64,000 nucleotides of DNA from Octopus vulgaris (taxonomy: Eukaryota), in NCBI GenBank assembly GCA_951406725.2, contig OX597817.1, positions 165,726,001 to 165,790,000 on the forward strand, read 5' to 3'. Under the pieces are notes generated by a model. It was not told the origin of the DNA, did no database searches, and saw only the letters and a program-made list of their open reading frames with translations. This document shows positions 12,378 through 27,385 of the stretch, one piece after another. Position 1 is the stretch's first letter. Every line of letters starts with the position of its first letter. The position numbers and the translations under genes were made by a program.

Positions 12378-12588
12378 CTCTTTTAGTGCCTTATAATTTA
12401 ACACACTCACCGGTAAAATTTCCACTCATTTACTTATTCATTTTTATAAAAATTTTCGTTGCGTCTTACAACCGTCTCAATAGTTGTTGAAAAGGTTGCA
12501 AGACGCAACGAAAATTTTGGAAAAATAAATAAGTAAACGAGTGGAAATTTAACCCGTGGGTGTGTTAAATTATAAAGCACAAAAAGAG
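12378..12588. repeat. Degenerate inverted repeat (~100-bp arms)
   Basis: ttataatttaacacac...aaattttcgttgcgtcttacaacc pairs with ggttgcaagacgcaacgaaaattt...gtgtgttaaattataa. Confidence 0.85.
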
Positions 12589-12990
12589 AATAATGCACCC
12601 CAGACATAGACACAACAGAATATGCTCCAACGCACGAACTCAGATAAAGAATTTTGCAAACCAATCCCAAAACGATATGTATATATATATATATACACAT
12701 AGGGCTTGTGTTTGTCCCTCATCATCACTCGATAATCGGTGTTGCTTTGTACACATCGCTGAAGCATTTCGGCAAAAAGAGACTTATAGAATAAGCTTTG
12801 ATGAGAAAAAAATGTACTGGGGTCGATTTGTTCGATTTAACCCTTTAAGGAGGTGCCCTAGCGTGACTACAGTCTACTGACTAGAATAAGTAAAAGATGA
12901 CAGACAAAATGAAATGCATGAGAAATTACAGACAACATTCACAAGAATAAATAACATCAACAACAAGAAACAATATACAGACAGATATTA

Positions 12991-13287
<297 letters not shown>

Positions 13288-13525
13288 TCATAATAATCAA
13301 ATATTCCTAAAATTCTTCAGTTTCTTAGCTATATTGGGATTCTGGCAGAATCATTAGAACATCAGAATGTCTATTCGCTTGGGTTCTTTTCCTTCTGAGT
13401 TCAAATCCCACCGTAATCAACGTTACATTTCACTCTTCCTGAGTGGAGTCGATTCAATGAGAGTGAGAGAGACAAAGAGAGAGAGAGACAGAGAGAGAGA
13501 GGCAATGCAGAAATCTTTATGAAAT

Positions 13526-13692
13526 AGGCGTAGGAGAGGCTGTGTGGTAAGTAGCTTGCTTACGAACCACATGGTTCCGGGTTCATTCCCACTGCATGGC
13601 ACCTTGGGCAAGTGTCTTCTACTATAGCCTCCGTCCGACCAAAGCCTTGTAAGTGGTAGACGGAAATTGAAAGATTCCCGTCGTATATATGT

Positions 13693-13756
<64 letters not shown>

Positions 13757-13980
13757 GTGTGTGTTTGTGTGTCTTTGTTTGATTCCCCCCAACATCGCTG
13801 GGCAACCGATACTGCTGTGTTTACGTCCCTGTAACTTAGCAGTTCGGCAAAAGAGACCAATAGGTATAAGTACTAGGCTTTACAAAGAATAAGTCCTGGG
13901 GTCGATTTACTCGACTAAAGGCGGTGCTCCAGCATGGCCACAGTCCAATGACTGAAACAAGTAAAAGAGTAAAAGAGTAA
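13526..13980 (+). mobile_element. SINE family A, full length
   Basis: Reverse complement of the 8572-8997 copy; ends gtaaaagagtaaaagagt. Confidence 0.9.
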
Positions 13981-14906
13981 ATCGTTCTATTTGGTAAAAA
14001 GAACAGCTATATCTTCAAACGACACCCAGCCCTTTCAGTCGTTAACACATGATAAATAATTCTTTCTGTTATAAACATAAAGCAGGAAATTTAATAGGGT
14101 GATTTAGTCGATTATATCGACCTCAGTGGTATTATTTTATTGACCCAAAAGGATGAAAGGGAATGTCGATCTTGGTGGGATTTGAACATTTTAGCCGGCG
14201 TACTAACGATTCTGCCAGTTCGACATCAGTTCGATGGCAGTTCGGTACACGATACGTAATGACAGGATATGGTTATGATTGGAAAGCCGTTGATGATTAG
14301 GTCATCTGTTTCACCAGGGTTTACATGGGACTAATGAATATAAAACGCCACCAACAATCAGTGTAAGAACTGCTCCTGTCCATAACATTGGGAGTAAATT
14401 AATAAAAAGTTCAAAATAGCTGACATGTGACGATGGCTTAAAGTACGCGAGGGAAACGAAACGGAAAAACAAAGAAACAAAAAAAAAAGGAAAAGAAAAG
14501 TAGCAGTGGGCCAATTGTGAAATATAAAAGGTCATCGTTGATATGCATTACTCCTTATTGATTGTATCGAATTACAAATAACAAAGCTCATAAGTTGATC
14601 AAAATGTCGATTTTATAAAGGTTAACTCCATTTGTCTTAAGCGGCTCGAGTGTGAGACTATTAAAGTCGATTGACGGTCCTCCGACTTTATGTAACATTA
14701 TATAAGCGTGTGGTTAGGTACGTATATTACGTATATTTACACACACACACACAATTTCTACATATGTATGTGTGTATATGTAAATGTTTGTATATCTATA
14801 AGTGTATGTGTATGAACGGATATGATTATGCATATGAATATGTATGTATGCATTTATAGATAGATAGATAGTTAGATAGATAGGTAGTGAGAGAGAGAGA
14901 GAGAAT

Positions 14907-14944
<38 letters not shown>

Positions 14945-15029
14945 TTTGAGCAGATCCGTCAAAGGTGTTAGATTAGAGAAAACAAACTTGTCCGCCAATC
15001 AGTAACATTTCCTTTCTGTTTGTCCATCC

Positions 15030-15112
<83 letters not shown>

Positions 15113-15375
15113 TTACTGCGACAAGTGACGCGAACTATGACCGAGCTAGACAAAATGTTTTAGCAGTATTTCATTCGGCGCTTTATGTTCTGAGTTCAAA
15201 TCCTGCCGAGGTCAACATTGCCTTTCGTCCTTCTGGGGCTCGATAAAATAAAGTACCAGTCATGTACTGGGGTCAATGTCATCGTCATTTCTTCTTCCCA
15301 AAAACTGTTGGTTTTTCTCAAAAATTTGAAACGATCATCATCATCATCATCATCATCATCATGGTGGTGGTGGTG

Positions 15376-15420
<45 letters not shown>

Positions 15421-15862
15421 TCTATAGCTTGTGTGGTTGTGTTTACGCGCTATAAGTGAAGTTGATATTGGATAGGCTAAGTGTGATGGGTTCATTATAT
15501 TCCATTGCAAACGAAAGAGGAGAGGAAAAAAAAAGGGGCTCAGACCTCCCTCTACTTTCGTGTCATGATATGAAGGGGAATGATTTACAACCATTGCAAA
15601 GTTTGTTTGCATTCGTGTATGTGTGTGTGATGGACGATGATGTATGCGTGTCTGTCTGCACGTGTTTGCGTGTATGGATGGCTATGCATGTATATGTTGT
15701 CATTTCAACTGTGTATAAAGTATGTGTCAACGGGTTAGAATCGTACATGTGTGTGTAATGTTGTTGTTCATTTACATGTTGGTATGTGTGTATATGTATG
15801 CATATGAGAGCGTATACGCACACACATTTACGTATGTATATATATATATATATGTATATATA

Positions 15863-16241
15863 CGAGCAAAACGCAGCCACCCCCCCTTCTAATGGACGGT
15901 ACTGAGTTGCCAAACATTTAAATCAAATTTGCTCAAAACAACTTGTCCGACCGTCACATATGCTTCCCTTTTGAGAAACACTGATTTAACTTAAATTTGA
16001 GACACCAGCAAAAGAAGAAATAAAGATAAACTATTTTTCTATTCCAAAGAAAAACGATTTCCCACGGCTTTATCGATCGCATTCTTACCTGGAATCGATT
16101 TTTGCAATTTTTTCAAGATTTATACACGCCCTGATACCGTCGGTATCTGCATATCAAATTTGAGCGCAATCAGATGGAGGACGCCCGAGATCCTAGAAGA
16201 CACACACAGAGACAGACAGACAGAACGAATTTTATATAAGA
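15863..16241 (-). mobile_element. Probable non-autonomous Helitron (different subfamily)
   Basis: The minus strand begins A|TCTTATATAAA followed by a (TGTC)n tract, like the other Helitrons. The 3' end is uncertain (gCTCG|T, no clear hairpin). Confidence 0.45.
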
Positions 16242-16254
16242 TATATATATATAT

Positions 16255-16563
16255 ATAGTGTAATAAATAAAATATATGCATACATACAAACATATATGTA
16301 CGTACCTACATCTACATGTACATATACATGCATATATAAATATATACGTAAGTACAGGACACCACAACTAGACGTAGAACTCAACGAGAAACGAAAACGG
16401 CTTGTTTTTCCGTTTTTCCGTTTCCGTTTTTCGTTGAGTTCTACGTCTAGTTGTGGTGTCCTGTACTTACGTATATATTTATATATGCATGTATATGTAC
16501 ATGTAGATGTAGGTACGTACATATATGTTTGTATGTATGCATATATTTTATTTATTACACTAT
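16255..16563. repeat. Near-perfect inverted repeat (~145-bp arms) of a dispersed element
   Basis: 16255-16400 is complementary to ~16418-16563. The same sequence occurs single-armed at ~25480-25630, and its flank recurs at ~34215-34290. Confidence 0.9.
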
Positions 16564-16657
16564 TGTTTGACAGCGCCCTCGCGTCGATTCGATTCGATTC
16601 GTCCGTTTCGTTCCGTTCTTCTTCTTCTTCTTCTTCTTCTTCTTCTTCCCCAAGTAC

Positions 16658-16754
<97 letters not shown>

Positions 16755-16989
16755 TAAATATACACACACGCACATAGATGTACATATATATATACATAAT
16801 GTATACGCATGCACATATCTATATGTACACACATTATATACACCAATGTGTTTATATTTCCATATAGCACAAAAATAAAGACATCACCCCAACACACACA
16901 TAAATACGCACACATACGTGTGTAATACACATGTATACATACAATCGGAGATAGTTTGGCCAAACATCCAATATATACTCTATTACTAT

Positions 16990-17381
16990 TTTACTTGTTT
17001 CAGTCATTTGTCTGCGGCCATGCGGGAGCATCGCCTTTATTCGAGCAAAGCGACCTCAGGACTTATTCTTTGGAAGCCTAGTACTTATTCTATCAGTCTC
17101 CATTGCCGAACCGCTAAGTTACGGGGACGTAAACACACCACCATCGGTTGTCAAGCGATGTTCGGGAGGAAAAACACAGGCAAACAAACACATAAACACA
17201 CATATATACATACATATACACGACGGGCTTCTTTCAGTTTCCGTCTATCAAATCCACTCACAAGGCTTTGGTCGGCCCGAGGCTATGGTAGAAAACACTT
17301 GCTCAAGGTGCCACGCAGTGGGACTAAACCCGGAACCATGTGGTTGGTAAGCAAGCTACTTACCACACAGCCACTCCTGTG

Positions 17382-17384
<3 letters not shown>
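16990..17384 (-). mobile_element. SINE family A
   Basis: Collinear with 8572-8997. Confidence 0.88.
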
Positions 17385-17438
<54 letters not shown>

Positions 17439-17533
17439 GTATATAAACTTCATCTTACGAAGGCTTGTTTTACGAGACCCGGGTTTACGAGTTACATTTT
17501 ATGACAAATATAGAAAGGTTAAACAGCCATTTT

Positions 17534-18153
17534 GTGTGTGTGTGGCAATGTCGCAACATGTGGCTATAGTGCTTGTGAGACGTCTACACAGCGACGGAGC
17601 AAAATGACGACATAAATCTTCATTGCCACTATGGGAAACTATTGCTCTGTTTTACGAGTTTTTCACTCGTATACCGAGGCATTACACATGTGTGTGTGCG
17701 GCAATGTCGCAACATGTGGCTATAGTGCTTGTGAGACGTCTACACAGCGACGGAGCAAAATGACGACATAAATCTTCATTGCCACTATGGGAAACTATTG
17801 CTCTGTTTTACGAGTTTTTCACTCGTATACCGAGGCATTACACATGTGTGTGTGTGGCAATGTCGCAACATGTGGCTATAGTGCTTGTGAGACGTCTAAA
17901 CAGCGACGGAGCAAAATGACGACATAAAACTTCATTGCCACTATGGGAAACTATTGCTCTGTTTTACGAGTTTTTCACTCGTATACCGAGGCATTACACA
18001 TGTGTGTGTGTGGCAATGTCGCAACATGTGGCTATAGTGCTTGTGAGACGTCTACACAGTGACCGAGTAAAATGACGGCATAAATCTTCATTGCCACTAT
18101 GGGAAACTATTGCTCTGTTTTACGAGTTTTTAACTCGTATATCGAGGCATTAC
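17534..18153. repeat. Tandem array of four 156-bp units
   Basis: gcaatgtcgcaacatgtggc recurs at 17545, 17701, 17857 and 18013. Confidence 0.95.
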
Positions 18154-18189
18154 TCTATACGTATCGATGTATCTAATGGATCTGCATGT

Positions 18190-18583
18190 CTCATAAAGGA
18201 AGCACTCCGTCGGTTACGACTACGAGGGTTCCGGTTGATCCGAATCAACGGAACAGCCTGCTCGTGAAATTAACGTGTAAGTGGCTGAGCACTCCACAGA
18301 CACGTGTACCCTTAACGTAGTTCTCGGGGATATTCAGCGTGACACAGAGAGTGACAAGGCCGGCCCCTTGAAATACAGGTACAACAGAAACAGGAAGTAA
18401 GAGTGAGAGAAAGTTGTGGTGAAAGAGTACAGCAGGGATCACCACCATCCCCTGCCGGAGCCTCGTGGAGCTTTTAGGTGTTTTCGCTCAATAAACACTC
18501 ACAACGCCCGGTCTGGGAATCGAAACCGCGATCCTATGACCGCGAGTCCGCTGCCCTAACCACTGGGCCCATTGCGCCTCCGC
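18190..18583 (-). mobile_element. tRNA-derived SINE family C, full length with TSD
   Basis: Head ggaggcgcaatgggcccagtggttagggcagcggactcgcgg...gtttcgattccc. The direct repeat ggatctgcatgt is at 18178 and 18584. Confidence 0.9.
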
Positions 18584-19129
18584 GGATCTGCATGTACATA
18601 ATTGCGGTATGCATTTGTTTGTGCCAGCTTCATCGTTGTTTGCAAGTATTATTGGATGCATCTTCATTGTACATTGTAAGCCACGGCCTGAACCCGAGTG
18701 AGTGTGTGTTTGTGTTTCTGTGTGTGTGAATGTGCGTACATGTGTATATGTGAATTTGCATGTGCCAACTTACATATGAGTTAAGCTGACGCGTTTTGTT
18801 TCAAATGAGAAATTAGAAACACAGAATTCACAGATAAGAAAACCTGTTGTATATCGGATACCTTAATGTTGCCTTTTGTTTTGTGTTCTGTTGTTGTTCA
18901 CGTTTTTTTTTCTTCTTTTAATCATTAATTTCGTTTGCACTGTTGTTTTGTTCTTGCTTTTATAACTTCTTTCTGCCGTATTGTTGTTGGCATGATGATG
19001 ATGATGATGATGATGATGATGCTGATGATGATGCCAAACACACATACATATATTTATATATGTCTATCTATGTATATATATATGTATATATATAAGCTCA
19101 TGTATGTGTGCGTATTTCTGTTTGTATGT

Positions 19130-19610
<481 letters not shown>

Positions 19611-19755
19611 GTTCTGTTGCTTATTTTCCTTCCCTATTTTATAAGCTACGGTCCTGAGTTGACGTGCTGTATAAAACATGTTAGTAAATATTTGTGCCGA
19701 TGATGTATATAATAAAATAGAAACCATTTGGCCCGATCTAACAGTGTTAATAAAC

Positions 19756-19787
<32 letters not shown>

Positions 19788-21522
19788 GGACGGACGAACA
19801 GACATGCCAGTGAATAGCAAGCCTGCGGAGCTCCAGTGTGAAGTGTTATGTTGGTTGGATGTGGGCTGGGTTAGTTTTGTTTTGCCAACAATGGCACCCC
19901 TGCACAACATCACACCGGGTGGCGCTAGATTATATAAAGGTCACCCTAGTAACGTATTTTGTGTTTGTATTACACATACAAGGAGATACGCTAACTCTTG
20001 TGTTTCTTTGTTGGTGCCCTGCGTGCGTGCGTGCGTGCGTGCGTGTGTGTTATTTGTGCGTGTCAATGCTTTTGTTGGTGCGTGTGCATTTGTGTGTGTG
20101 TGTATGTGTGTTTGATATATTAATATAAATATTTGGCGCAGGTAGCGAAGCTAAATTACAAGAGCGGTAGACTTTTGCATGTGTGATGTAGTGATGTAGT
20201 GTACATGTGATGTAATGAAATCTTAGAATAACTGAGATGATCTATGGAATAAGTCAAATGAATTTCCCTTTAGGCATGTTTAAAATCTAAAAGCCACAAG
20301 CAGAAAAGATCACATCAATGAGAGCTTTGGAAAATGTCAAAAAGGCAGTAATGGTAGTCGATACGGTCTTTCAGCAAACCAGTTGAAGTACGGAACAAAC
20401 TCCAGTCTTGTCCAGTGACGCATATTATTCATAATTTAAGGTGGTAAGAAAGGGAATGTTGAGTACATACATACATTGAGGAATCTACAGCTACTCTATC
20501 TAGATTACAAGTTCAGGTTTATACCTGTAATTATTGGAACACTGAGATATATAACACACTGCCTAAATACCAATCTTGAGAAATTAAGCTTCACAAAACC
20601 AGAAAAGTGCTCTTCAGAAAAATCTGAAGAGTTCTTTTATGAAATAACTGCGAGAAATAGTAACCAAATTTCTCTTAAGTTACAGACAAACCCTATAAGA
20701 GAATAAGTATGATCACTGTTCGAAAGTCTTTAAAATTCCGGTCAGGACTGACCTCATACTAAACTTCAACTACATATATGAAGCATATGAGACGACTTGC
20801 AGAATACAAAACAGCTTGTAATACGTATTAGGCCCAACAGAAAACTACAAACATATCAGCAACATGTGACCAGATTTTCATTAAAACATCTAAATTGTAA
20901 AAGCAAAGATTAGCCGTAAGTGTAAGGGACATAGTCTAAACAATTGCTGTGGTGCTGATTTAATAGCTAAGAATATAAGAGTTCAAAGGTTACTCAATAA
21001 CCAAATATAGCATTCTAGAGCACTATACCAGGGTGATCGAATCCTCATAAATCTATGTATAGTAGTAGCTCTACTCATATCCTGTGGAGTGGAAGTGATC
21101 GACTTTCCTTTTTCAGAGGTTGCTGATAACCAGTAATAAATCGCTCAAAAGAAGTTCAAAGTTCAACGGCTTTAGACTGACGGTAAACACCTTCAAATAC
21201 AGAGGTATGTATATATTTATATGTGCTTATGTGTGCATGTGTATGTGTGTGTGTGTGTGCATATATTACATAGAAAAAGTGTATCTATTTTTGTTTCTCT
21301 GTTTCTGTACGTGCGTAAATGTATCTTCTATCTTTCACTTGTTTCAGGCTTCAGACTGCCGCCATGCTGGGGCAATACCTTGAAGAACTTTTAATTGTAC
21401 TGCTGCGTTATGGGGATGTCAACACAACAACACCGGTTGTCCTCACACACACTCGCAAAGACGCATGCACACATACGCCGGGCTTCTTTCAGTTTTTGTT
21501 ATACCACACAGCCCAGCCTATA

Positions 21523-21713
<191 letters not shown>

Positions 21714-22031
21714 GAGCACATAGACAACTCGTATGACGGTCACGAGATCACGAGTTCGATTACACTGCTGTCGAGCAAATTAAATTGGTTCTCTGGAAGA
21801 CCAGTTCTCTTTGCACACTTCATACATAACTCACCCCCTAAAACACACACACACACACACATCCAAATACACCTATCTTTCTCCTATACTTTACTCAACC
21901 ACATCCATCCGCCACAAACAACCACACAAAAAACAGTTACTCCTGTAATGACTCCATTAAAACATACTACAATGAGAAAGTGTGTGTGTGTGTGTGTGTG
22001 AAAGAGAGAGCAGGAGGAGAAAAAGAGAGAA

Positions 22032-22066
<35 letters not shown>

Positions 22067-22593
22067 AAGCAAAAGAAACTGAGAAAGAAAGAGCGACAGA
22101 GGGGGGAGGGACAGAAAGAGCTGAGGGTACAGAAATAGTGAGGGAGAAACTCGTAATTGTAATGGCAAAAGACAAAAAAAAAAAACTGTTAATAAGTATA
22201 TGATGAGATAAGATAGTGTCGTATGAAGGAGGCTCAAGATACGGGCCTGGGGGTTTGGGGCTTGGAGTTAGGGTGCTTTTTATGGATGTGTTTAATGCTT
22301 TGTGTACGTGTTTTTTTGTTCATATGTGATGTTAGACGTTGGAAGGCTCCATCCAGATAGAAGCAACTACTTAGATTTATACAAAACACCCACCCCATAT
22401 GATTTCACTTTGCTGTAACTGTTATACAAGTGCAGGTATCAGGCGTGCCATATATAATTTCTGTATAGAAAGTATATACGGACACATACTCACACATCTT
22501 TCTTTTACGTATATAAAATTGCACGCATATACATAAATCTCTCTCTCTATATATATGTGAACGTATGTATGAATGAATGTACATACGACACAT

Positions 22594-22636
<43 letters not shown>

Positions 22637-22791
22637 TAAATATATATCTTTATTGTTTTGTTTGTTTCAGTCATTTGACTGCGGCCATGCTGGAGCACCT
22701 CCTTTTGTCGTAGTACTTATACGGGGGGCGCAAACACAGCAAAATCGGTTGTCAAGCGATGGTGGTCGGAAAAGGCAGACACACAAGTATA

Positions 22792-22827
<36 letters not shown>

Positions 22828-22869
22828 TGTATGTATGTATGTATGTATGTATCTATCTATCTATCTATC

Positions 22870-22936
<67 letters not shown>

Positions 22937-22962
22937 ACATACATACATACATACATACATAC

Positions 22963-23060
<98 letters not shown>

Positions 23061-23562
23061 TATTTATTTATGTATGTATTTATTTATTTATAAACAATTA
23101 GGATTAAATCATATCATTACTTAATGATCTATCAGTGGTCAGCATACTAAAAATAACATAATGGTTAATTCACATTAAAATTATAAAGGTGTTGAATGAT
23201 TACAACACCAGTCTGCTAGAATCAGACTCAAAAAGGTCTATGATCCACTTAGATTATTACTCCACTACACAAGGTTGTAAGCGACGAAAATAGACAGCGA
23301 GGAATTATGATTTATGTGTGTGTGTGTGAGTGTATGTGTGTGAGTGTATAGTGAATCCAAACAAAGAACAAACAAGAAAAAACATCAACGCGAGGACGTG
23401 GTACAAGTACTGTATTATAAGAGACTCAGGAAAGGAAAGAAAGAGGATTTTACATTTCGAATAAAGCTCTTCTTCAGAAATAGAGGAAAGTCCAAAAGAA
23501 GGGAAGACGGAGGGAGAAAATTGCCAACGATACACACGTGGTCATATTTTGAAATAAAAAAG

Positions 23563-23599
<37 letters not shown>

Positions 23600-23819
23600 T
23601 ATACACGACAGGCTTCTTTCAGTTTCTGTCGACTAAATCCACTCACAAGACTTTGATTGGCTCAAGACTATATTAGAAGACATTAGCTCAATGTGCCACG
23701 CAATAGAACTGAACCTGGAGCCATGTTGTTGGGACGCAAGCTTCTTACCACAAAGCCACTCACAATTGTAATTAAACCATATTCATGCCATGAAAAAAAG
23801 AGAGAAAGCGAGAGAGAGA

Positions 23820-23870
<51 letters not shown>

Positions 23871-24011
23871 AGATAAAAAAGCAGATGGACAAACGTCAAA
23901 TAGGCTGATGTACACGTAGAGGTGTGTATAAAAACATATCGGATTGACCGCACTTGGGAATTAATTACGAAGAATAGTTATAAAGTTTCAAGGTGATTCT
24001 CTCTAACGATA

Positions 24012-24235
24012 CTCTTTCTCTTTCTCTTTTCTCTTTTACTTGTTTCAGTCATTTGACTGCGGCCATGCTGGAGCACCGCCTTTAGTCGAGCAAATCGACC
24101 CCAGGACTTATTCTTTGTAAGCCCAGTACTTATTCTATCGATCTCCCTTGTCGAACAGCTAAGTGACGGGGACGTAAACACACCAGCATTGGTTGTCAAG
24201 CAATGCTAGGAGGACAAACACAGACACACAAACAT

Positions 24236-24287
<52 letters not shown>

Positions 24288-24447
24288 GACAGGCTTCTTT
24301 CAGTTTCCGTCTACCAAATCCACTCACAAGGCTTTGGTCGGCCCGAGGCTATAGCAGAAGACACTTGCCCAAGATGCCACGCAGTGGGACCGAACCCGGA
24401 ACCATGTGGTTGGTAAGCAAGCCACTTACCACACAGCCACTCCCGCT
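24012..24447 (-). mobile_element. SINE family A
   Basis: Collinear with 8572-8997. Confidence 0.88.
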
Positions 24448-24753
24448 CTGTAATTTACCATAATATTTACAGTTTTATTTTTTTCTGGATTCAATTAATG
24501 AACGCACTGGGCTAATGCCTTCGTGTAGTGTAGTATGGAAGAAAACACTTATTTTTCTGATATTTGAATCCTCCTCTTCTTCAGATACAAAAGACAAAGC
24601 AGATAGTGAGTGATACAAGGGGAAATAAAAGTGAATATAAAACCAGAAAGAATCATCAAAGTGAATCACCCTCTCTTGAAAGTGAACTTGCCAATATTTC
24701 GAAGTCACTGTCATCAAATTTCTTACAGAAATATTTATGTACTTGTCTGTTTG

Positions 24754-24823
<70 letters not shown>

Positions 24824-25032
24824 AAACTGCCTGTCCGTCTGTCAATCAGAGACATCCATATTTACATATATACATACACACACACACATATATATACATA
24901 CTTATATACGTACATGTGCACTTATACATGCATACATATAATTATGCATATTATACATATATTTCTGTACTTTCGTACATATGTATATGTTTGAATCACA
25001 CTGACGAAAACTAGTATATTTTATTATATACA

Positions 25033-25069
<37 letters not shown>

Positions 25070-25728
25070 TTGTTTTCTTGTTTGTTTTCTTGTTTATTTT
25101 TATTTCTCGTATTGTATTTTCTTTTTATTTCTCGTATTGTATTTTCTTGTACATGTTTTTTATCTTGTATTTTATTTTGTAGTTTTATTTGTATCGTTTT
25201 TACGTCCTGTTTGTGTTACATTTTTTAATTTGCTTGTTTTTACCCCTCTGCGAGGCAATTTTATTTTAATTCTCTCGCAGGAAGGACTATTTCGAGTCGT
25301 GTCCTCTCTTGCCTTCGAAACACGCTGGAGCCGAACTAGTGACAGCTGATGAAGGGGATTTTTCCTTGTGTAGTATGTCCTGTACTCTGTTTTTTCTGTT
25401 GTAAAAAAATGGTTTTTCCGTTTTCGTTTCTCATTGAGTTCTACGTCTCTGTTTTTCTGTTGTAAAAAAATGTTTTTTCAGTTTTCGTTTCTCGTTGAGT
25501 TCTACGTCTAGTTGTGGTGTCCTGTATTCACGTGTATATATATTTATATATGCATGTATATATACATGTAGATGTAGGTACGTACATATATGTTTGTATG
25601 TATGCATATATTTTATTTATTACACTATATATATACATATACATATATACATATATATATACATATACATATATACATATACATATATACATATACATAT
25701 ATATACATATATACATATATATATATAC

Positions 25729-25913
<185 letters not shown>

Positions 25914-26180
25914 ATATTCAAACGCGCGCAGTTTTATTAGTTGCGATTTCAGCAAATGTTCCGGGCCAAGAAGTTTGTGAAACTGGTGATTGAAAAACAT
26001 TACACAGAATGTAAGAAGCAGAAAGGTTAAAAAAAATAATAACAACAACAACAACAACAACAACAACAATAATAATAATAGTAAATGAATAAACACTTAA
26101 CTCGATAAATAAATAAACAGATAAATGAATAGGAATTACGTTAATGCGTGTGATAAATTTGAAACTTACTGGCATAATTC

Positions 26181-26224
<44 letters not shown>

Positions 26225-26568
26225 ACCGAAAGTAAAACTCAAGTGGAATGTATTTACTTACTTACATACCAACAAGTGATCGCATACACATGCAGTGGCC
26301 TGTACAAGTAAGCTTATATTCGATCCTACACTGATACATCGACATAGTAGACAAACGTTCATATTACACTCACGCCAGTATAAACACAAATACGAATTTG
26401 TGTGTGTGTGTGTGTATGAGGATAAACACAAACACACACATATACATATGTCTTTTTACTTGTTGCAGTCATTAGACTGCAGCCATGCTGGGGCCTTGCT
26501 TTGAAGAGTTCAGTTTGAACAAATCGAGTCCAGAACTTCTTTGGTAAGCCAAGTAATTAATCTGTTGT

Positions 26569-26950
26569 GGAGGCGCAATGGCCCAGTGGTTAGGGCAGCG
26601 GACTCGCGGTCGTAGGATCGCGGTTTCGATTCCCAGACCGGGCGTTGTGAGTGTTTATTGAGCGAAAACACCTAAAGCTCCACGAGGCTCCGGCACGGGA
26701 TGATGGTGATCCCTGCTGTACTATTTCACCAAAACTTTCTCTCACTCTTACTTCCTGTTTCTGTTTTACCTGTATTTCAAAGGCCGGCTTTGTCACTCTC
26801 TGTGTCACGTTGAATATCCCCGAGAACTACGTTAAGGGTACACGTGTCTGTGGAGTGCTCAGCCACTTACACGTTAATTTCACGAGCAGGCTGTTCCGTT
26901 GATCGGATCAACCGGAACCCTCGTCGTCGTAACCGACGGAGTGCTTCCAC
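26569..26950 (+). mobile_element. SINE family C, full length with a 14-bp TSD, nested in an old family A copy
   Basis: TSD aattaatctgttgt at 26555-26568 and 26951-26964. Confidence 0.92.
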
Positions 26951-27161
26951 AATTAATCTGTTGTTCTCGTATGTCATATCGCTCAGTTATGGGGACGTAA
27001 ACGAGCCAAGCCGTTAAACGGCGGTATCGGTTAAATATACCTCCAAACATAAATTCATACATGCATATATCTTGGTGTGTGTGTGTGTGTGTGTGTGTGT
27101 GAGTCCGCGCACGTGTGTATATGTATATATCTATATATGCGACGAGCCTCTTTTAGTTTCT

Positions 27162-27385
27162 TATTTTTTATTGCCCACAAGGGGCTAAACATAGAGGGGA
27201 CAAACAAGGACAGACAACGGATTAAAGTCGATTACATTGACCCCAGTGTGTAACTGGTACTTAATTTATCGACTCCGAAAGGATGAAAGGCAAAGTCGAC
27301 CTCGGCGGAATTTGAACTCACAACGTAACGGCAGACGAAATGCCGCTAAGCATTTCGCCGGACTGCTAACGTTTCAGCCAGTTCA
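27162..27385 (-). mobile_element. SINE family B with a 15-bp TSD, nested in the same old family A copy
   Basis: TSD cctcttt(t/c)agtttct at 27147-27161 and 27386-27400. Confidence 0.88.

Noticed and set aside
16918-17607. Recurrent peptides such as RRASFSFRLPNPLTRLWSARGYS and KAGLVTLCVTLNIPENYVKG in several ORFs
   Set aside because: They are incidental translations of SINE families A and C, not a protein family.
17534-18153. Possible CRISPR-like array
   Set aside because: Whole units repeat with no unique spacers, the context is eukaryotic, and there are no cas genes.
26569-26645. SINE heads as genuine tRNA genes
   Set aside because: A/B boxes are present, but the cloverleafs are incomplete and are followed by SINE bodies with TSDs.
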